Source of the DNA: Squalus acanthias
Taxonomy: Eukaryota
DNA length: 64,000 bases
Direction: 5' to 3'
Assembly: GCA_030390025.1 (NCBI GenBank)
Contig: CM059438.1
Location: 57,910,001-57,974,000 of the forward strand
This document shows positions 34,959 through 48,803 of this stretch, one piece after another. Position 1 is the first letter of the stretch; each line of letters opens with the position of its first letter. A program made the position numbers and the translations under genes. A model generated the notes under the pieces. That model worked only from the letters and a program-made list of their open reading frames with translations, ran no database searches and was not told the DNA's origin.

Positions 34959-37435
34959 CATAGAATTTTACAGCACAGAAATAGGCCATTCGGCCTAACT
35001 GGTCTGTGCCAGTGTTTATGCCCCATGTGAGCCTCTTCCCACCTTACTTCATCTCACCCTATCAACAGATCCTTCTATTCCTTTCTCCCTCATGTATTTA
35101 TTCAGCTTCCCCTTAAATGTATCTATGCTATTTACCTCAATCACTCCTTGTGGTAGCAAGTTCCACATTCTCACCATTCTCTGAGTAAAGAAGTTTCTCC
35201 TGAATTCCTTATTGAATTTATTAGTGACTATCTTATATTTACGGGGTCTACTTTTGGACTCCTTCACAAGTATCGAAGTACCCGATCAAGCCCCTTCATG
35301 ATTTTGAAGACCTCTATCAGGTCACCTCTGAGTCTTTGATTCTCAAGAAAACAGAGCCCCAGCCTCTTCAGGCTTTCCAGATTGTTGTACCCTCTCAGTT
35401 CTGGTATCATCCTTGTAAATCTTTTTTGCACTTTCTAAAGTGCCTCTATATCCTTCTTGTAATGTGGCAACCAGGGGGGAAAAATTCGGTTGCTTAAGAG
35501 GGCGCTAACGAGGCGCAAAGCAACTAACGCCCGGGCGCGGCACCGCCAACGCCTCCCGCGAAATTCAGTGGGAGGTTAGCGGCGGTGGTAACTGGTAGCA
35601 CCCCGCCGCCAGCGATGACGTCATCGCCATGCGCAGCGCCCTGCTCGCGCCCCGGCAGTGATCTTCGGGAGCGCTCCCTGACTTACCGCCGGACGCTATA
35701 TCCGACGGGGTCAGGGGGCCCTACCTGCGGCCGGGGAGGTGCAATTTAAAAACAAGGTGCGGGGCGGCCATTTTTGTTGCTGGCCACCTGCCAGCACCTG
35801 CCTCCGCTCCCGTCCCCCTTGCCCGCCCCCCCCCCCCGCGGAGTGCCGGCTGCGCTCCATGAGCCTAGCGCTTCTCGAGTGCCGGGCTCTTCTGCTGGCA
35901 CTGTCGATCCCCGGGGGCCCAGCTGGGCCCCAGGTCGCACTGCGCAAGGCCCCTCCCCTTTAAGAAGGGGAGGAAGGCCTGCAATATCGCGGCGTGACAT
36001 ACCGCAGCACCACGATATTCCCTTGCAGCGTCCCAAGAGGGAGGCGGGGAGCTTCTAGTAGTGCCCCGCTTCCCTCTTGGGGTGCTGCTACTCAATTTCC
36101 GTCACGGGGGCGCTAATTTTTCCGGGGCACTACTTTTAGCCCCCAAAGGGGCCGCTACTCAATTTGTAGCCCCACACAGTACTCGAAGTGTGATCTAATC
36201 AAGGTTACAGGTGTAACATAACCCTTTTGCTTTTCAATTCTATTCCTCTAGAAATGAACTCGTGCTTTGTTTGCACTTTTGATGGCTTTGCTAACCTGCG
36301 TTGCTACTTTTAGTGATTTGTGAATCTGTATCGATCTCTTTGTGCCTCTACCCCATTTAGACTCTTATTTTCCAAGAGTAGGTGGCCTCCTTATTCCTTC
36401 TACCAAAATGCACCACCTCACACTTATCTATATTGAAACGAATTTGCCATTTACACACCAATTCTGCAAGTTTATTAATGTCTTCTTGTACTTTATCGGT
36501 CTTCCTCATTATTAATGATACCCCCAATTTGGTGACATCTGCAAATTTTGATATTCTACTTCTGATTTCCGAGTCCAAATCATTTATGTAAATGGTTAAC
36601 AACAGTGGTCCCAGCACTGATCCCTGTGGAACACCACTTCCCACCTTCTGCCAGTCTGAGTAACTGCTTTTTACCCCTCCTCTTTGTTTTCTGTTTAGTA
36701 GCTAGTTTGCTATCCATTCTGCTACTTATCCCCTGACCTTAATCATAAGTCTACTATGCAATACCTTATCAAAGCCCTTTGAAAGTCTATGTATCTTACA
36801 TCCACTGCATTACCCTTGTCTACTCTTTCTGTTACTTCTTCAAAGAATTCAATAAGGTTGGTCAAGCATGACCTTCCCTTTTGAAATCCATGCTGACTAT
36901 TCTTTATTATATTTTTGATTGAGATGTTTTTCTATTACATCTTTGAGTAAAGATTCAAATACCTTTCTGACCACTGACGTTAAGCTAACTGGTCTATAGT
37001 TCTCTGGATATGTGTATGTCCCTTTCGGAATGTAGGAATAACAGTAGCTGTCCACCAGTTCTCTTTTTGATTGAATTTTTATATATGTACCAGTGCATCT
37101 GCTATCACTTCCTTAGCTTCTTTGAGTATGCACGGATGTAATCCATCTGGACCCGGGGTTTTATCCTCTCTAAGTTTGTCTAGTTTATCAACTATCTCCC
37201 TCCTATCAATCTTAAATATCTTGATATCCTTTTTGATCTATTCCTCTAATGTCAAGCCCACCTTGTCAGTCTCCCTGGTAAAAAAATCTGAGGCAAAGTA
37301 ATTATTCAATATTTCTGCCATTTCACTGTCATTACCTGTGAGTTTATCTTGTGCATCCCTTAGTGGCCCTATCCCTATCTTCATTTTCCCTTTGTTATTT
37401 ATGCATCTATAGAATACTTCGCTATTTCATTTTTA
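34959..37435 (-). mobile_element. Old CR1 LINE ORF2 with MITE insertion
   Basis: [27 protein letters not shown]1 tail at ~34960. Confidence 0.9.
35475..36172 (-). mobile_element. CpG-rich Harbinger-type MITE related to the 13708 family
   Basis: GGGGGAAAAATTCGG / CAATTTGTAGCCC termini; the first ~100 bp are the reverse complement of the 57270-57380 end. Confidence 0.8.
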
Positions 37436-38604
37436 GTTCAATTGTTAAAGGTTTGTTGACTCAAATCCAATTAAAACCACTGTCCCTATGGGGAGAGATT
37501 TTATTTCAATGATAGTGTGAAACTGTCTGGTGCGACATAGATTTAATGATTATATCATAGTATTTTAAAATATTCATCTCTGTCTGCATTTTATAAAGGA
37601 TTTATATCCTGCCATATGTTTTTATCATTGTAGCATAGGTAATTTGCTAAAGGGAATCTGGTGAGCTTCATCTGCATAACCAATCTGTCACCAGCATCTT
37701 GTATTCAACATTGTGCTGTTTGAGGGCAATTTCATTAAGATTTATTTGAGATCCCACTTTAAAGAGATTTGTGGTTGAAAACTGAGGTTTCATTGCAGAG
37801 ATCAACTCGGAGACCCTAATAAAACCTTTATAAAGATAGTGCAGGAGGATACAGGAGAAATAAACTGCAATAAACTGCAAATGACTGCTTTGTGGGAGGA
37901 AAATAATGTTAAATAATGACATTTCAATGGACTTTTGACATGAAATGTATGAGAATATTTCTTTGAACTTTTCAGTGTTTTGCCTAGTCTGAATCCTGAT
38001 GCTTTGATGGGTTTAAATTGTAAAGAGATATTGTGGTAATTATAGCCTGTAATCATTTTGATCTGTATGTTAATATTGTTAGTTGAGAGGACTAAAAAGT
38101 TATTGCATGCCTATGCAAAATTTAGTATACAATTTACCACACTTGGGTTAATTCTTAGACCTAGGACTCGTAAGTTCGGAAGAGTGGATCATGTTAGATT
38201 GTCTGTGGGGAAAATGGGGTAGAAATTGGTATGCATTTTGCCTAGTTTATGGGCGCACATAAGAGAATTTCTAGGCATGGGATCCTGCGATTATCCGCGC
38301 GGTCAGCACAGCTGCCACCATATTGTTTCTCGCTGCTTTTAGGCATCCCTGGAGGCCGTCTGAAATCAGCTGTTGATCAATTGAAATAGTCAACGAAGGG
38401 TCCTGCACCTGTTTCAGCACCCTTCTGCAAGGTTTTGTGAAAAACCAGGTGGAGCATGTGCAGTGGATGCTTCAACTAGTTTTTCTTGTTCCAGCAGCCC
38501 AACCAGCAGTACTTAAAAGGACCACTGGAGGTCACTGAAGAAATGGTAGGGAAAGTTTTTTTTCCGTAGAGCCGGTAAGAGTATAAATACTCCTTCCTGG
38601 CCCC

Positions 38605-40278
38605 TATGTTAGTAGCTATTGTTAACAGTTTCCTCTCCTCAGGTACTGTTCCCCTTCCCCTTCAAATCTGCCATCATTACCCCCTCCTCAAAAAAACCAC
38701 CCTTGATCCCTCCGTCCTTGCAAACTACCGCCGCATCTTCAACCTCCCATTCCTCTTCAAAGTCCTTGAACGTGTTTGTCGCCACCCAAATCCATGCCTA
38801 TCTTTCCCGCAGCTCCATGTTTGCAGCCCCTCCAATTATGTTTCCACTTGCCACAGTACTGAAACGGCCCTTATCAAAGTCACAAACGACATCCTATGTG
38901 ACAATGACCATGGTAAGCTATCCCTCCTCATCCTTCTCGACCTGTCTGCAGCCTTTGACAGAGTTGACCACACCATCCTCCTCCAATGCCTCTCCTCCGT
39001 CGTCCAGTTGTGTGGGACTGCACTCGCCTGGTTCCATTCTTAACTACTAGTGGTAGCCAGAGAATCATCTGCAATAGCTTCTCTTCCCGCTCCAGCACCG
39101 TTACCTCTGGAGTTCCCCAAGGATCCATTCTTGGCCCTCTCCTATTTCTCATCTACATACTGCCCCTCGGCAACGTCATCCGAAAACAGAACAGTGGGTT
39201 TCACATGTACGCTGACGACACCCAGCTCTACCTCACCACTACCTCTCTTGACCCCTCCACTGTCCCTGATTTTTCACACTGCTTGTCCAACATCCAGTTC
39301 TGGATGAGCAGAAATGTTCTCCAACTAAATAATGGGAAGATTGAAACCACTGTCTTCAGTCCCCGCCACAAACTCCGTTCCCTAGCTACCGATTCCATCT
39401 CTCTCCCTGGCAACTTTCTGAAGCTGAACCAGACCATTCGCTACCAATGTTCCTTCTAATTTTTTTTTGGGTGCGTGACCCCTTTAATGGGCTGCGCGGC
39501 TCATTCAAATTTCTGCGCATGCTTTGTCTTTCCATTTAAAAACCGACAAGCCGGCTGCGCAGGACCTCCAGACTGCTGCACGGCCGCACAGCTTAACGAA
39601 AACATTGTTCGCAATCTTGGTGTTGTACTTGACCCCAAGATGAGCTTGAAACCACATATCCGCTCCATCACCAAGCCAGCCTACTTCCACCTCCGTAACA
39701 TCGCCCAACTCAGCCCCTGCCTCTGCTCATCTGCTGCTGAAACCCTCATCTATGCCTTTGTAACTCTAGATTTGACTATTCCAATGCTCACCTGGCTAGC
39801 CTCCCATCTTCCATGCTTCATAACCTTGAGCTCGTCCAAAACACTGCTGCCTGTATCCTAACTCGCACCAAGCCCCATTCATCTATCACCCCTGTGCTCA
39901 TTGACCGACATTGGTTCCTGGTCCGACAAAGCCTCAATTTTAAAATTCTCATCCTTGTTTTCAAATCCCTTCATTGCCTCACCCCATCCTATCTCTGTAA
40001 CCTCCTCCAGGCCCTACAACCCTCCAAGATCTCTGCGCTCCTCCAATTCTGGTCTCTTGCACATCCCCGATTCCTCTCCATTGACGGCCGTGCCTTCAGC
40101 TGCCTAGGCCCTAAGCTCAGGAATTCCCTCCCTAAACCTCTCTGCCTCTCTCTCCTCCTTTAAAATGCTCCTTAAAACCTACCTCTTTGACCAAACTTTT
40201 GGTCATCTGTCCTGTGGCTTGGTGTCAAATTTTGTTAGATAACACTCCTGTGAATCGCCTTGGGACATTTTACTACTA
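38605..40278 (+). mobile_element. L2 LINE, 5'-truncated RT
   Basis: [44 protein letters not shown]2 3' UTR. Confidence 0.95.
39445..39607. mobile_element. hAT-type MITE, 163 bp, inside L2
   Basis: TIR CAATGTT / AACATTG; 8-bp TSD TTCGCTAC / TTCGCAAT. Confidence 0.8.
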
Positions 40279-41535
40279 TCTGCCCACGCTCAACCCCCAG
40301 CCCCACCTTTTCCTCCACCATGCCTTACAAGACTTACCTGAGCCCGCTTAATTCGATTCATGCTGTTGGGCAAGCTTGCCTTTATTATTAAATTGAGGCC
40401 GGAGACCCAATTTCAAGTGAGCCACTGAGTCATTATTTTGTGTCCGAAAGCAGGCCGAAACCAATTTCTACCGCAATGTCCACTAATAGAGAGTACTGTA
40501 CAACCACTTAGAGAAAACAGAGTAAACTTTCCTCAGCCCTGTTCCCAAATAGAACCCCAAAACAGGTACCACACAAATAAGAAATGGGTGCTAATCTATT
40601 TTCCTCATTCTTTACCTGAAAAGTGCTGTAACCAAACTTCCCCAATGACTGTTCTGGTATCTGCACCTGACTATGTCTTAAGAGCACACAGCAATGTAAA
40701 TTCCATGCTATTAGATGCCAGATAGCTCTGCAAACAGCTGGCTGCAGATCAGGGACAAAATTCTTCCGTGACAACTTGGCATTACTGCTTCCTGAACTGC
40801 TGTAGCTCAGGAAGTAGCAGCACTTTTGGGCTTAAAGTGACAGGCTGGCATTGTCAAGTCTTTGGCCGACTGAATAAAAAAAAGTTTTGATGCTTCAGAA
40901 TGTAGTGCTGAAAGCTGCTAGTCTCATACACATAGTGATGGAGGTTGTGTTCAGTGCCATGTCAACATGCCTCCATTGCAACATGGGTTATTTGGATGAG
41001 TATGAGAGCAAGCAACCATGAAGCCTCCTTTGCAGCTACTGAAGAAATTTATCTGCACTCTTCTAAGACAGTAACGACTGTTTCTCTGTCACAGAGCAAA
41101 AATCCTTCCTCTCCTGGACCATACAACTTTTTCACGACATCTCAAATAAAAAAGGAAAAGCCTCACAGTCAAACGAGCACCCTCCTCCTATTGCCACACC
41201 ATCATTCTACACACCCATACTTGTTTTTCCTGTTCTTCCACCTACTGCTCATCACCACAGTGCTGTTCTTTTACCAACTCCCTCCCAGTCAGACTGCAGG
41301 GGTGCCCAGACTCTTGGTTGGAGCGTTGCTGACATCCCAACTACAGCACAATGAAAAATTGCAGCTTTTGGGTCACTAAAATGGATTTTAACATTGTTTT
41401 AAAATACTGTTTCATACCCTCTGAAAGCCACAAAAAGCTATATTATTTTTATAGGGTTTTCAGTGCCCCTTTAAAGTTATTGCTCCCTTTTAGGGTCAAG
41501 AAGTGCCAGACTTCCTTTTCCTGTCCTTATTACAC

Positions 41536-41909
41536 TAGGGTTACCAACCCTTCAGGATTTACCTGAAGTCTCCAGGAATTGAAGATTAATCTGCAGGACA
41601 CTCCTACGGGCAATCCTGGAGAAAAATCATGGGGGCATTAAATAAGTTGTACGTTTTTTCATTTTCTTTGAACACTTTTGTTTATTAGTTCTAAAAATAT
41701 TGCAGATGGTGGGAAAAGGCTGTTTGATTGACAGTCAAAAATCATCCAATCAGACAACGAAGAGTCTGTTCGCTTCTCAATTGGCGTGGGAAGGAGGGGC
41801 ATTACAAGGATGAACATGTCGGGCGACCAATTGTGGGGGTGGTTTGGGGCGGTTTGAGGTCACGTGATCAAATCTTCGAGAATATGTCCAACTAGAGTTG
41901 GCAACCCTA
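41536..41909. mobile_element. hAT-type MITE
   Basis: TIR TAGGGTTACCAAC / GTTGGCAACCCTA; 8-bp flanks TATTACAC / TACTGCAC. Confidence 0.85.
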
Positions 41910-42469
41910 TACTGCACCCAATAGTGAATTCCCACATGCACAGCACATGCCTCCGTTATTTAAATAAGGCCCAAGAGGAAGTTCAGCGCACTCTACGTGT
42001 ATTGCAGCTGGACAGCACCAGTTGATGAAAACTGAAGCTAACTAAAAGCTCAATCATTACACCCTGAAATAAAGTAGGGTCTTACATCTTACATTGCAAT
42101 AATAACTTATACCAGAAATAAACACACAATATACTTAGCTGCATAAATTGTACAGTGAAACAGAGGTACACACCATATAGTGAGATATGTGCATTATATG
42201 ATGACACCCCACTTAACAAAATTCAGTGTTCCTTTGATGCCTCCTGTACATAATCACAGTTTTGTTGTAAGAACTCACTGTATTCAGAAGCAGCCTCAGA
42301 TTAATCTGATGTCATCTGGCTAAATCTTTTCTACTTACGGTGAACAATTGCTTTGCCTGTTGCTGCTCCAATAATCACCTGCTCTACCATCAAAACCACT
42401 ATCAGGCATTTATTTGCAGGAGGGATGAGGCAAAAGGAAAAAAGACATAAACAAAATTATGTTAGCTTC

Positions 42470-42781
42470 ACAGAATCACAGAATCCCCACAGTGCAGATA
42501 GAGGCCATTTCGGCCCATCGAGCCTGCACCGACACATATCCCACCCTATCCCCGTAACCCCACGTATTTAATCCCCCCTAACACAAAGGGTCAATTTATC
42601 ATAGCCAAATCAACCTAACCCGCACATCTTTGGACTGTGGGAGGAAACCGGAGCACCCGGAGGAAACCCACGCAGACACGGGGAGAATGTGCAAACTCCA
42701 CACAGACAGTCACCCAAGGCCGGATTTGAACCCGGGTCCCTGGCGCTGTGAGACAACAGTGCTAACCACTATGCCACCGTG
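42470..42781 (-). mobile_element. Full-length V-SINE (HE1-like)
   Basis: tRNA head (GGTGGCATAGTGG, GGTTCAAATCC), V-domain GTGTCTGCGTGGGTTTCCTCCGGGTGCTCCGGTTTCCTCCCACAGTCCAAAGA, CR1-type tail; TAGCTT on both flanks. Confidence 0.93.
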
Positions 42782-43388
42782 TAGCTTGTTGATTACAAAT
42801 GTGTAAATGATTTTCTACAAATATAGAATCATAGAAATTTACAGCACAGAAGGAGGCCATTCGGCCCATCTTGTTCATGCCGGCCAACAAAGAGCAATCC
42901 ACCCTTATCCCACTTTCCAGCACTTGCTCCGTAGCCTTGTAGGTTACGGCACTTCAAGTGCATATCCAAGTAATTTTTAAATGTGATGAGGGTTTCTGCC
43001 TCTACCACCCTTTCAGGCAGTGAGTTCCAGACCCCCACCACCGTCTGGATGAAAAAAATTCTCCTCAAATCCCCACTAAACTTCCGACCAATTACTGTAA
43101 ATCTACGCCCCCTGGTTATTGACCCTTCTGCTGAGGGAAATAGGTCCTTCCTATCCACTCTATCTAGGCCCCTCATAATTTGATACACCTCAATTAGGTC
43201 TCCCCTCAGCTACCTCTGTTCCAAAGAAAACAACCCCAGCCTAGCCAATCTTTCCTCATAGCTCAAATTCCCCAGCCCAGGCAACATCCTCGTAAATCTC
43301 CTCTGCACCCCCTCTAGTGCAATCCTGTAATGTGATGACCAGAACTGCACGCAGTATTCTAGCTGTGGCCTAACTAGTGTTTTATACA

Positions 43389-44827
43389 TAATAAAAACAG
43401 AAAATGCTGGAGATACTCAGCAGGTCAGGCAGCATCTGTGAAGAGAGAAACAGAGTTAACGTTTCAGGTCGATGACCTTTCGTCAGAACTGGAAAAAAGC
43501 AGGAAATGGAACAGATTTTTAAGCAAGGGCAGGGGCTGGGAAAGGGGAGAGGGGATGAAAGAACAAAAGGGAAGGTCTGTGATAGGGTAGAAGGCAGGAG
43601 AGGTTAAAAGACATCAAGAGATATTCAAGGCAAAAGGAGATGGTAATGGGACAGATTAAGAAACAAAGGATGGCTCTAGATGAAGTGTGAATTGCGCTGG
43701 CAGAATGAAAGACAGCTGCCATGTGGGAGAGAAGAAAAAAAGACACAGACAAAAAGTGTGGATGAAAAATATATATATGATAGGGGCCGAGGTTATGATC
43801 TGAAATTGTTGAACTCTATGTTGAGTCCAGAGGGCTGTAAAGTGCCTAATCAGTGGAACAATGCAAGAGGCCGAGGACGGTGAGGTCTGAGTGGGAGTGG
43901 TGCGAAGAATTAAAGTGACAGGCGACCGGAAGCTCGGGGTCACCCTTACGGACTGAACGGAGGTGTTCCGCAAAGCGGTCACCCAATCTGCGTTTCGTCT
44001 CCCCAATGTAGAGGAGACCGCATCGTGAGCAGCGAATACAGTATACTAAATTGCAAGAAGTACAAGTAAATCGCTGTTTCACCTGGAAGGGGTGTTTGGG
44101 GCCCTGGACAGTGGGAAGGGAGAAGGTATAAGGGCATGTGTTGCATCTCCTGCGCTTGCTCGGGAAGGTGCCAGGCAAAGGGGTGTTGGGGGTGATAGAG
44201 GAATGGACCAGGGTGTCACAGAGGGAGCGGTCCCTTCGGAATGCTGAAAGGGGAGGTGAGGGGAAGATATGTTTGGTGGTGGGATCACGCTGGAGGTGGC
44301 GGAAATGGCGGAGGTTGATCCGTTGAATGTGGAGGCTGGTGGGGTGAAAGGTGAGGACAAGGGGAACTCTATCGTGGTTCCTGGCGGGAGGGGCAGGGGT
44401 GAGGGCAGAAGTGTGGGAGATAGAACAGGCACGGTCAAGGGCCGTGTCAACCACAGTAGACGGGAATCCTTGGTTGAGGAAAAAGGAAGACATGTCGGAA
44501 GCACTGGTATGGAAGGTGGCATCGTCAGAGCAGATGCGGCGGAGACGGAGAAACTGGGAGAATGGAATAGAGTCCTTATAGGAAGCAGGGTGGGAGGAAG
44601 TGTAGTCCAGGTAGCTGTGGGAGTCAGTGGGCTTGTAGTGAATGTTTGTCAATAACCTATCCCCAGAGATGGAGACGGAGAAGTCAAGGAAGGGAAGGGA
44701 AGAGTCGGAGATGGACCATGTGAAGGTGAGGGAAGGGTGGAAATTGGAAGCATAGTGAATGAAATTATCTAGTTCAGGGCTAGAGTAGGAAACGGCACCG
44801 ATACAGTCATCAATTGACTGGAAAAAG
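43389..44827 (-). mobile_element. Penelope-like element, 5'-truncated (RT C-terminus, GIY-YIG endonuclease, pLTR)
   Basis: SIDD, LPFLD, YKPTDSHSYL, NLVYCIRCSRCGLLYIGETKRRLGDRFAEHL; 13-bp TSD AGTGTTTTATACA (43376-43388, 44828-44840). Confidence 0.96.
43454..43490 (-). ncRNA. Minimal hammerhead ribozyme motif
   Basis: Minus strand AGTT-CTGACGA-A-AGGTC atc GACCT-GAAA-CGT-T-AACT. Confidence 0.85.
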
Positions 44828-44965
44828 AGTGTTTTATACAGTTCAAGCATAACCTCCCTTTTATATGCTTATCTATGCAAATAGTCAGGAGTATTCCAAA
44901 TAATTCAAATCTAAATTATGTTGTAGATCTGTACACAAACTCCTAAAGACATAATTAAATAATAG

Positions 44966-45098
44966 TGGTGATGAAAGTCATCGACCTGAAACATTAACTC
45001 TGTTTCTCTCTCCGCAGATGCTGTCTGAGCTGCTGAGTGGATCCAGCATTTTCTGTTTTTATTTTAGTTTTCCAGCATCCGCAGTATTTTGCTTTTGT
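44966..45098 (+). mobile_element. ~133-bp Penelope-like 3'-end insertion with degenerate hammerhead at its 5' end
   Basis: Reverse complement of 43391-43485; TSD TTAAATAATAG (44955-44965, 45099-45109); GTGATGA-AAGTC atc GACCT-GAAA-CATT. Confidence 0.88.
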
Positions 45099-45789
45099 TT
45101 AAATAATAGGACAGTTTCAGGAGTTTAAAAGTTGTGAAGTATCTACCCTAGACATTCTCTGCTGTATTATTTCTAAAGAAACTTGGCAACACTTGGCAAA
45201 TCACTGGTCCTGAGGTACTGTGTGGAACTCCTATTTATTGAGAAAGGTAACGATTAAATATTTTTAAAAACTTCACTAAATGTGACTAGACCTCAGCCTT
45301 GGAATAGCATGCCTTACTGTGCCCGCATGGGTATCCATTTCTCAAACTGTCTTAAGCAATTGTGTGTTTGTATTGGTCCCCAGAAAGACATTAGTGTGCA
45401 CCTGAGGTCTTTTTGATCCCATTACACACATGATGCGCATGAATGCCAGTGAAGTAAATTCAGTCATCCAGAGATTAGCATTGCCTTTTCCTAGAGACGT
45501 GAAGAGATCACCAAAAATTACTCTAAATGCAAGACATAAATGCAAGTCTTTCTAACATAAGGCTTGGCAGGGAATCGTGCTCTAATGTTTGTTATTGGTA
45601 TCATACTAGTGTGAAACCCATGGCCAGTTATTACATAGAAATACCTGACACTCGGTAGGAAGTGGTGGTGAGGGGACTTTTCTTTTACAATGAAATCAGT
45701 ATTGAATTCACTTCATAACAAAATGAGATATTATTCACCAGCACTGAACTGCGGGTAGCTTTGTCCTGTGGATTTAACTCCACTTAACT

Positions 45790-48700
45790 TTACTAATGTC
45801 CTTGAGGGAAGGAAATCTGCTGTCCTTACCTGGTCTGGCCTATATGTGACTCCAGACCCACAGCAATGTGGTTGACTCTTAACTGCCCTCTGAAATGGCC
45901 TAGCAAGCCACTCAGTTGTACCAAACCACTACGAAAAACAATAATAAGAATAAAACTGGATGGACCTCCCGGCGTCGACCTAGGCACTGGCTTCAGACAT
46001 GACAACGGCACACTCAGCCCAGTCGACCCTGCAAAGTCATCCTCACTAACATCTGGGGACTTGTGCCAAAATTGGGACAGCTGTCCCACAGACTAGCAAA
46101 GCAACAGCTTGACATAGTCACACTCACAGAATCATGCCTTTCAGCCAATGTCCCAGACTCCTCCATCATCATCCTTGGGTATGTACTGCTCCACCGGCGG
46201 TGGCACAGTGGTATACAGTCGGGAGGGAGTGGCCTGGGAGTCCTCAACATCGCCTTCGGACCCCATGAAGTTTCATGGTTTCAGGTCAAGCACAAGCAAG
46301 GAAACTTCCTGCTGATTACCACCTACCGCCCTCCCTCAGCTGATGAATCAGTACTCCTCCATGTTGAACACCACTTGGAAGAAGCACTGAGGGTAGCAAG
46401 GGCACAAAATGTACCCTGGGTGGGGGACTTCACCAAGAGTGGCTCGGTAGCACCACTACTGACCAAGCTGGCCGAGTCCTGAAGGACATATCTGCCAAAC
46501 TGGGCCTGCGGCAGGTGGTGAGAGAACCAACACGAGGCAAAAACCTACTTGACTTTGTCCTTACCAATCTACCTGTCATAGATGCATCTGTCCATGAAAG
46601 CATTGGTAGCAGTGACCACCGCACAGTCCTTGTGGAGACGAAGTCCCGTCTTCACATTGAGGACACCCTCCATTGTGTTTTCTGGCACTACCACTGTGTG
46701 AAATGGGATAGATTCAGAACAGATCTAGCAGCTCAAAACTGGGCATCCATGAGGTGCTGTGGGCCATCAGCAGCAGCAAAATTGTATTCCACCACAATCT
46801 GCAACCTCATGGCCCGGCTTATCCATCACTCTACCATTACCATCAAGCCAGGGAACTAATCCTGGCTCAATGAGGAGTGTAGAAGAGCATGCCAGGAGCA
46901 GTACCAGGCATACCTAAAAATGAGGTGCCAACCTGGGGAAGCTGCAACATAGGACTACATGCATTATAAACAGTGGAAGCAGTATGCTATAGACAGAACT
47001 AAGCGATCTCACAACCAACAGATCAGATCAAAGCTCTGCAGTTCTGCCACAGCCAGTCGTGAATGGTGGTAGACAATTAAACAACTAACGGGAGGAGGAG
47101 GCTCCATAATGGCAGAGCCCAGCACGCGAGTGCAAAAGACAAGGCTGAAGTGAATGCAACCATTTTAAGCCAGAAGCGCCGAGTGGATGATCCATATTGG
47201 CCTTCTCCTGAGGTCCCATCACAGAAGCCAGTCATCAGCCAATTCGATTCAATCAACGTGATATCAAGAAATGGGCTGAGCACACTGGATACAGCAAAGG
47301 CTATGGGTCCCGACAACATCCCGGCTGTCGTACTGAAGTCTTGTGCACCAGAACTAGCACCGTCTCTTGCCAAGCTGTTCCAGTACAGCTACAACACTGG
47401 CACCTACCCGACAATGTGGAAAACTGCCCAGGTATGTTCTGTCCACAAAAAGCAAGACAAATCCAATCCGGCCAATTACCGCCCCATCATTCTACTCTCA
47501 ATCATCAGCAAAGTGGTGGAAGGTGTCATCGACAGTGCTATCAAGTGGCACTTACTCACCAATAACCTGCTCACCGATGTTCAGTTCAGATTCCGCCAGG
47601 ATCACTCGGCTCCAGACCTCATTACAGCTTTGGTCCAAACATGGACAAAAGAGCTGAATTCCAGAGATGAGGTGAGAGTGACTGCCCTCGACATCAAGGC
47701 AGCATTTGATCGAGTGAAATATAAATCAGGGGGAAAACTCTCCTCTGGCTGGAGTCATACCTAGCACAAAGGAAAATGGTTGTGCTTGTTGCAGGTCAAT
47801 CATCTCAGCCCCAGGACATCGCTGCAGGAGTTCCTCAGGGCAGTGTCCTAGGTCCAACCATCTTCAGCTGCTTCATCAATGACCTTCCCTCCATCATAAG
47901 GTCAGAAATGGGGATGTTCACTGATGATTGCAGTATTCAGTTCCATTCGCATCTCCTCAGATAATGAAGCAGTCCATGCCCGCATGCAGCAAGACCTGGA
48001 CGACATTCAGGCCTGGGCTGATAAGTGGCAAGTAACATTCACGCCACACAAGTGCCAGGCAATAACTATCTCCAACAAGAGAGAGTCTAACCACCACCCC
48101 TTGACATTCAACGGCATTACCATCGCCGAATCCCCCACCATCAACAGCCTGGGGGTCACCATTGACCAGAAACTTAACTGGACCAGCCACATAAATACTG
48201 TGGCAACAAGAGCAGGTTAAGGGCTGGGTATTCTGCAGCGAGTGTCTCACCTCCTGACTCCCCAAAGCCTTTCCACCATCTACAAGGCACAAGTCAGGAA
48301 TTTGATGGAATACTCTCCACTTGCCTGGATGAGTGCAGCTCCAAAAACACGCAAGAAGCGCGACACCATACTTGACAAAGCAGCCCGCTTGACTGGCACC
48401 CCATCCACCACCTTAAACATTCACTCCCTCCATCACCGGCGCACCGTGGCTGCAGTGTGTACCATCTACAAGATGCACTGAAGCAACTCGCCAAGGCTTC
48501 TTCAGCAGCACCTCCCAAACCCGCGGCCTCTACCACCTAGAAGGACAAGGGAACACCATCACCTGCAAGTTCCCCTCCAAGTTACACACCATCCTGACTT
48601 GGAAATACATCGCCGTTCCTTCATCGTCACTTAGTCAAAATCCTTGAAGTCCCTCCCTGACAGCACTGTGGGAGTACCTTCACCACAAGGACTGCAGCGG

Positions 48701-48803
48701 TTCAAGAAGGCGGCTCACCACCACCTTCTCAAGGGCAGTTAGGGATGGGCAATAAATGCTGGCCTTGCCAGCGATGCCCACATCTCAGGAATGAAAAAAA
48801 AAA
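45790..48803 (+). mobile_element. Near full-length single-ORF CR1-group LINE of a distinct family (APE + RT), disrupted
   Basis: [58 protein letters not shown]; ends in an A-run; exact clade not certain. Confidence 0.88.

Larger units (their letters stand above)
38216..40474. mobile_element. Harbinger-type MITE split by an L2 insertion
   Basis: TIR GGGGTAGAAATTGGT / ACCAATTTCTACCGC; AAT duplication. Confidence 0.8.
42823..44860 (-). mobile_element. CR1 3' fragment interrupted by a Penelope-like element
   Basis: ORF 42829-43188; CR1 resumes at 44841 after the TSD. Confidence 0.9.
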
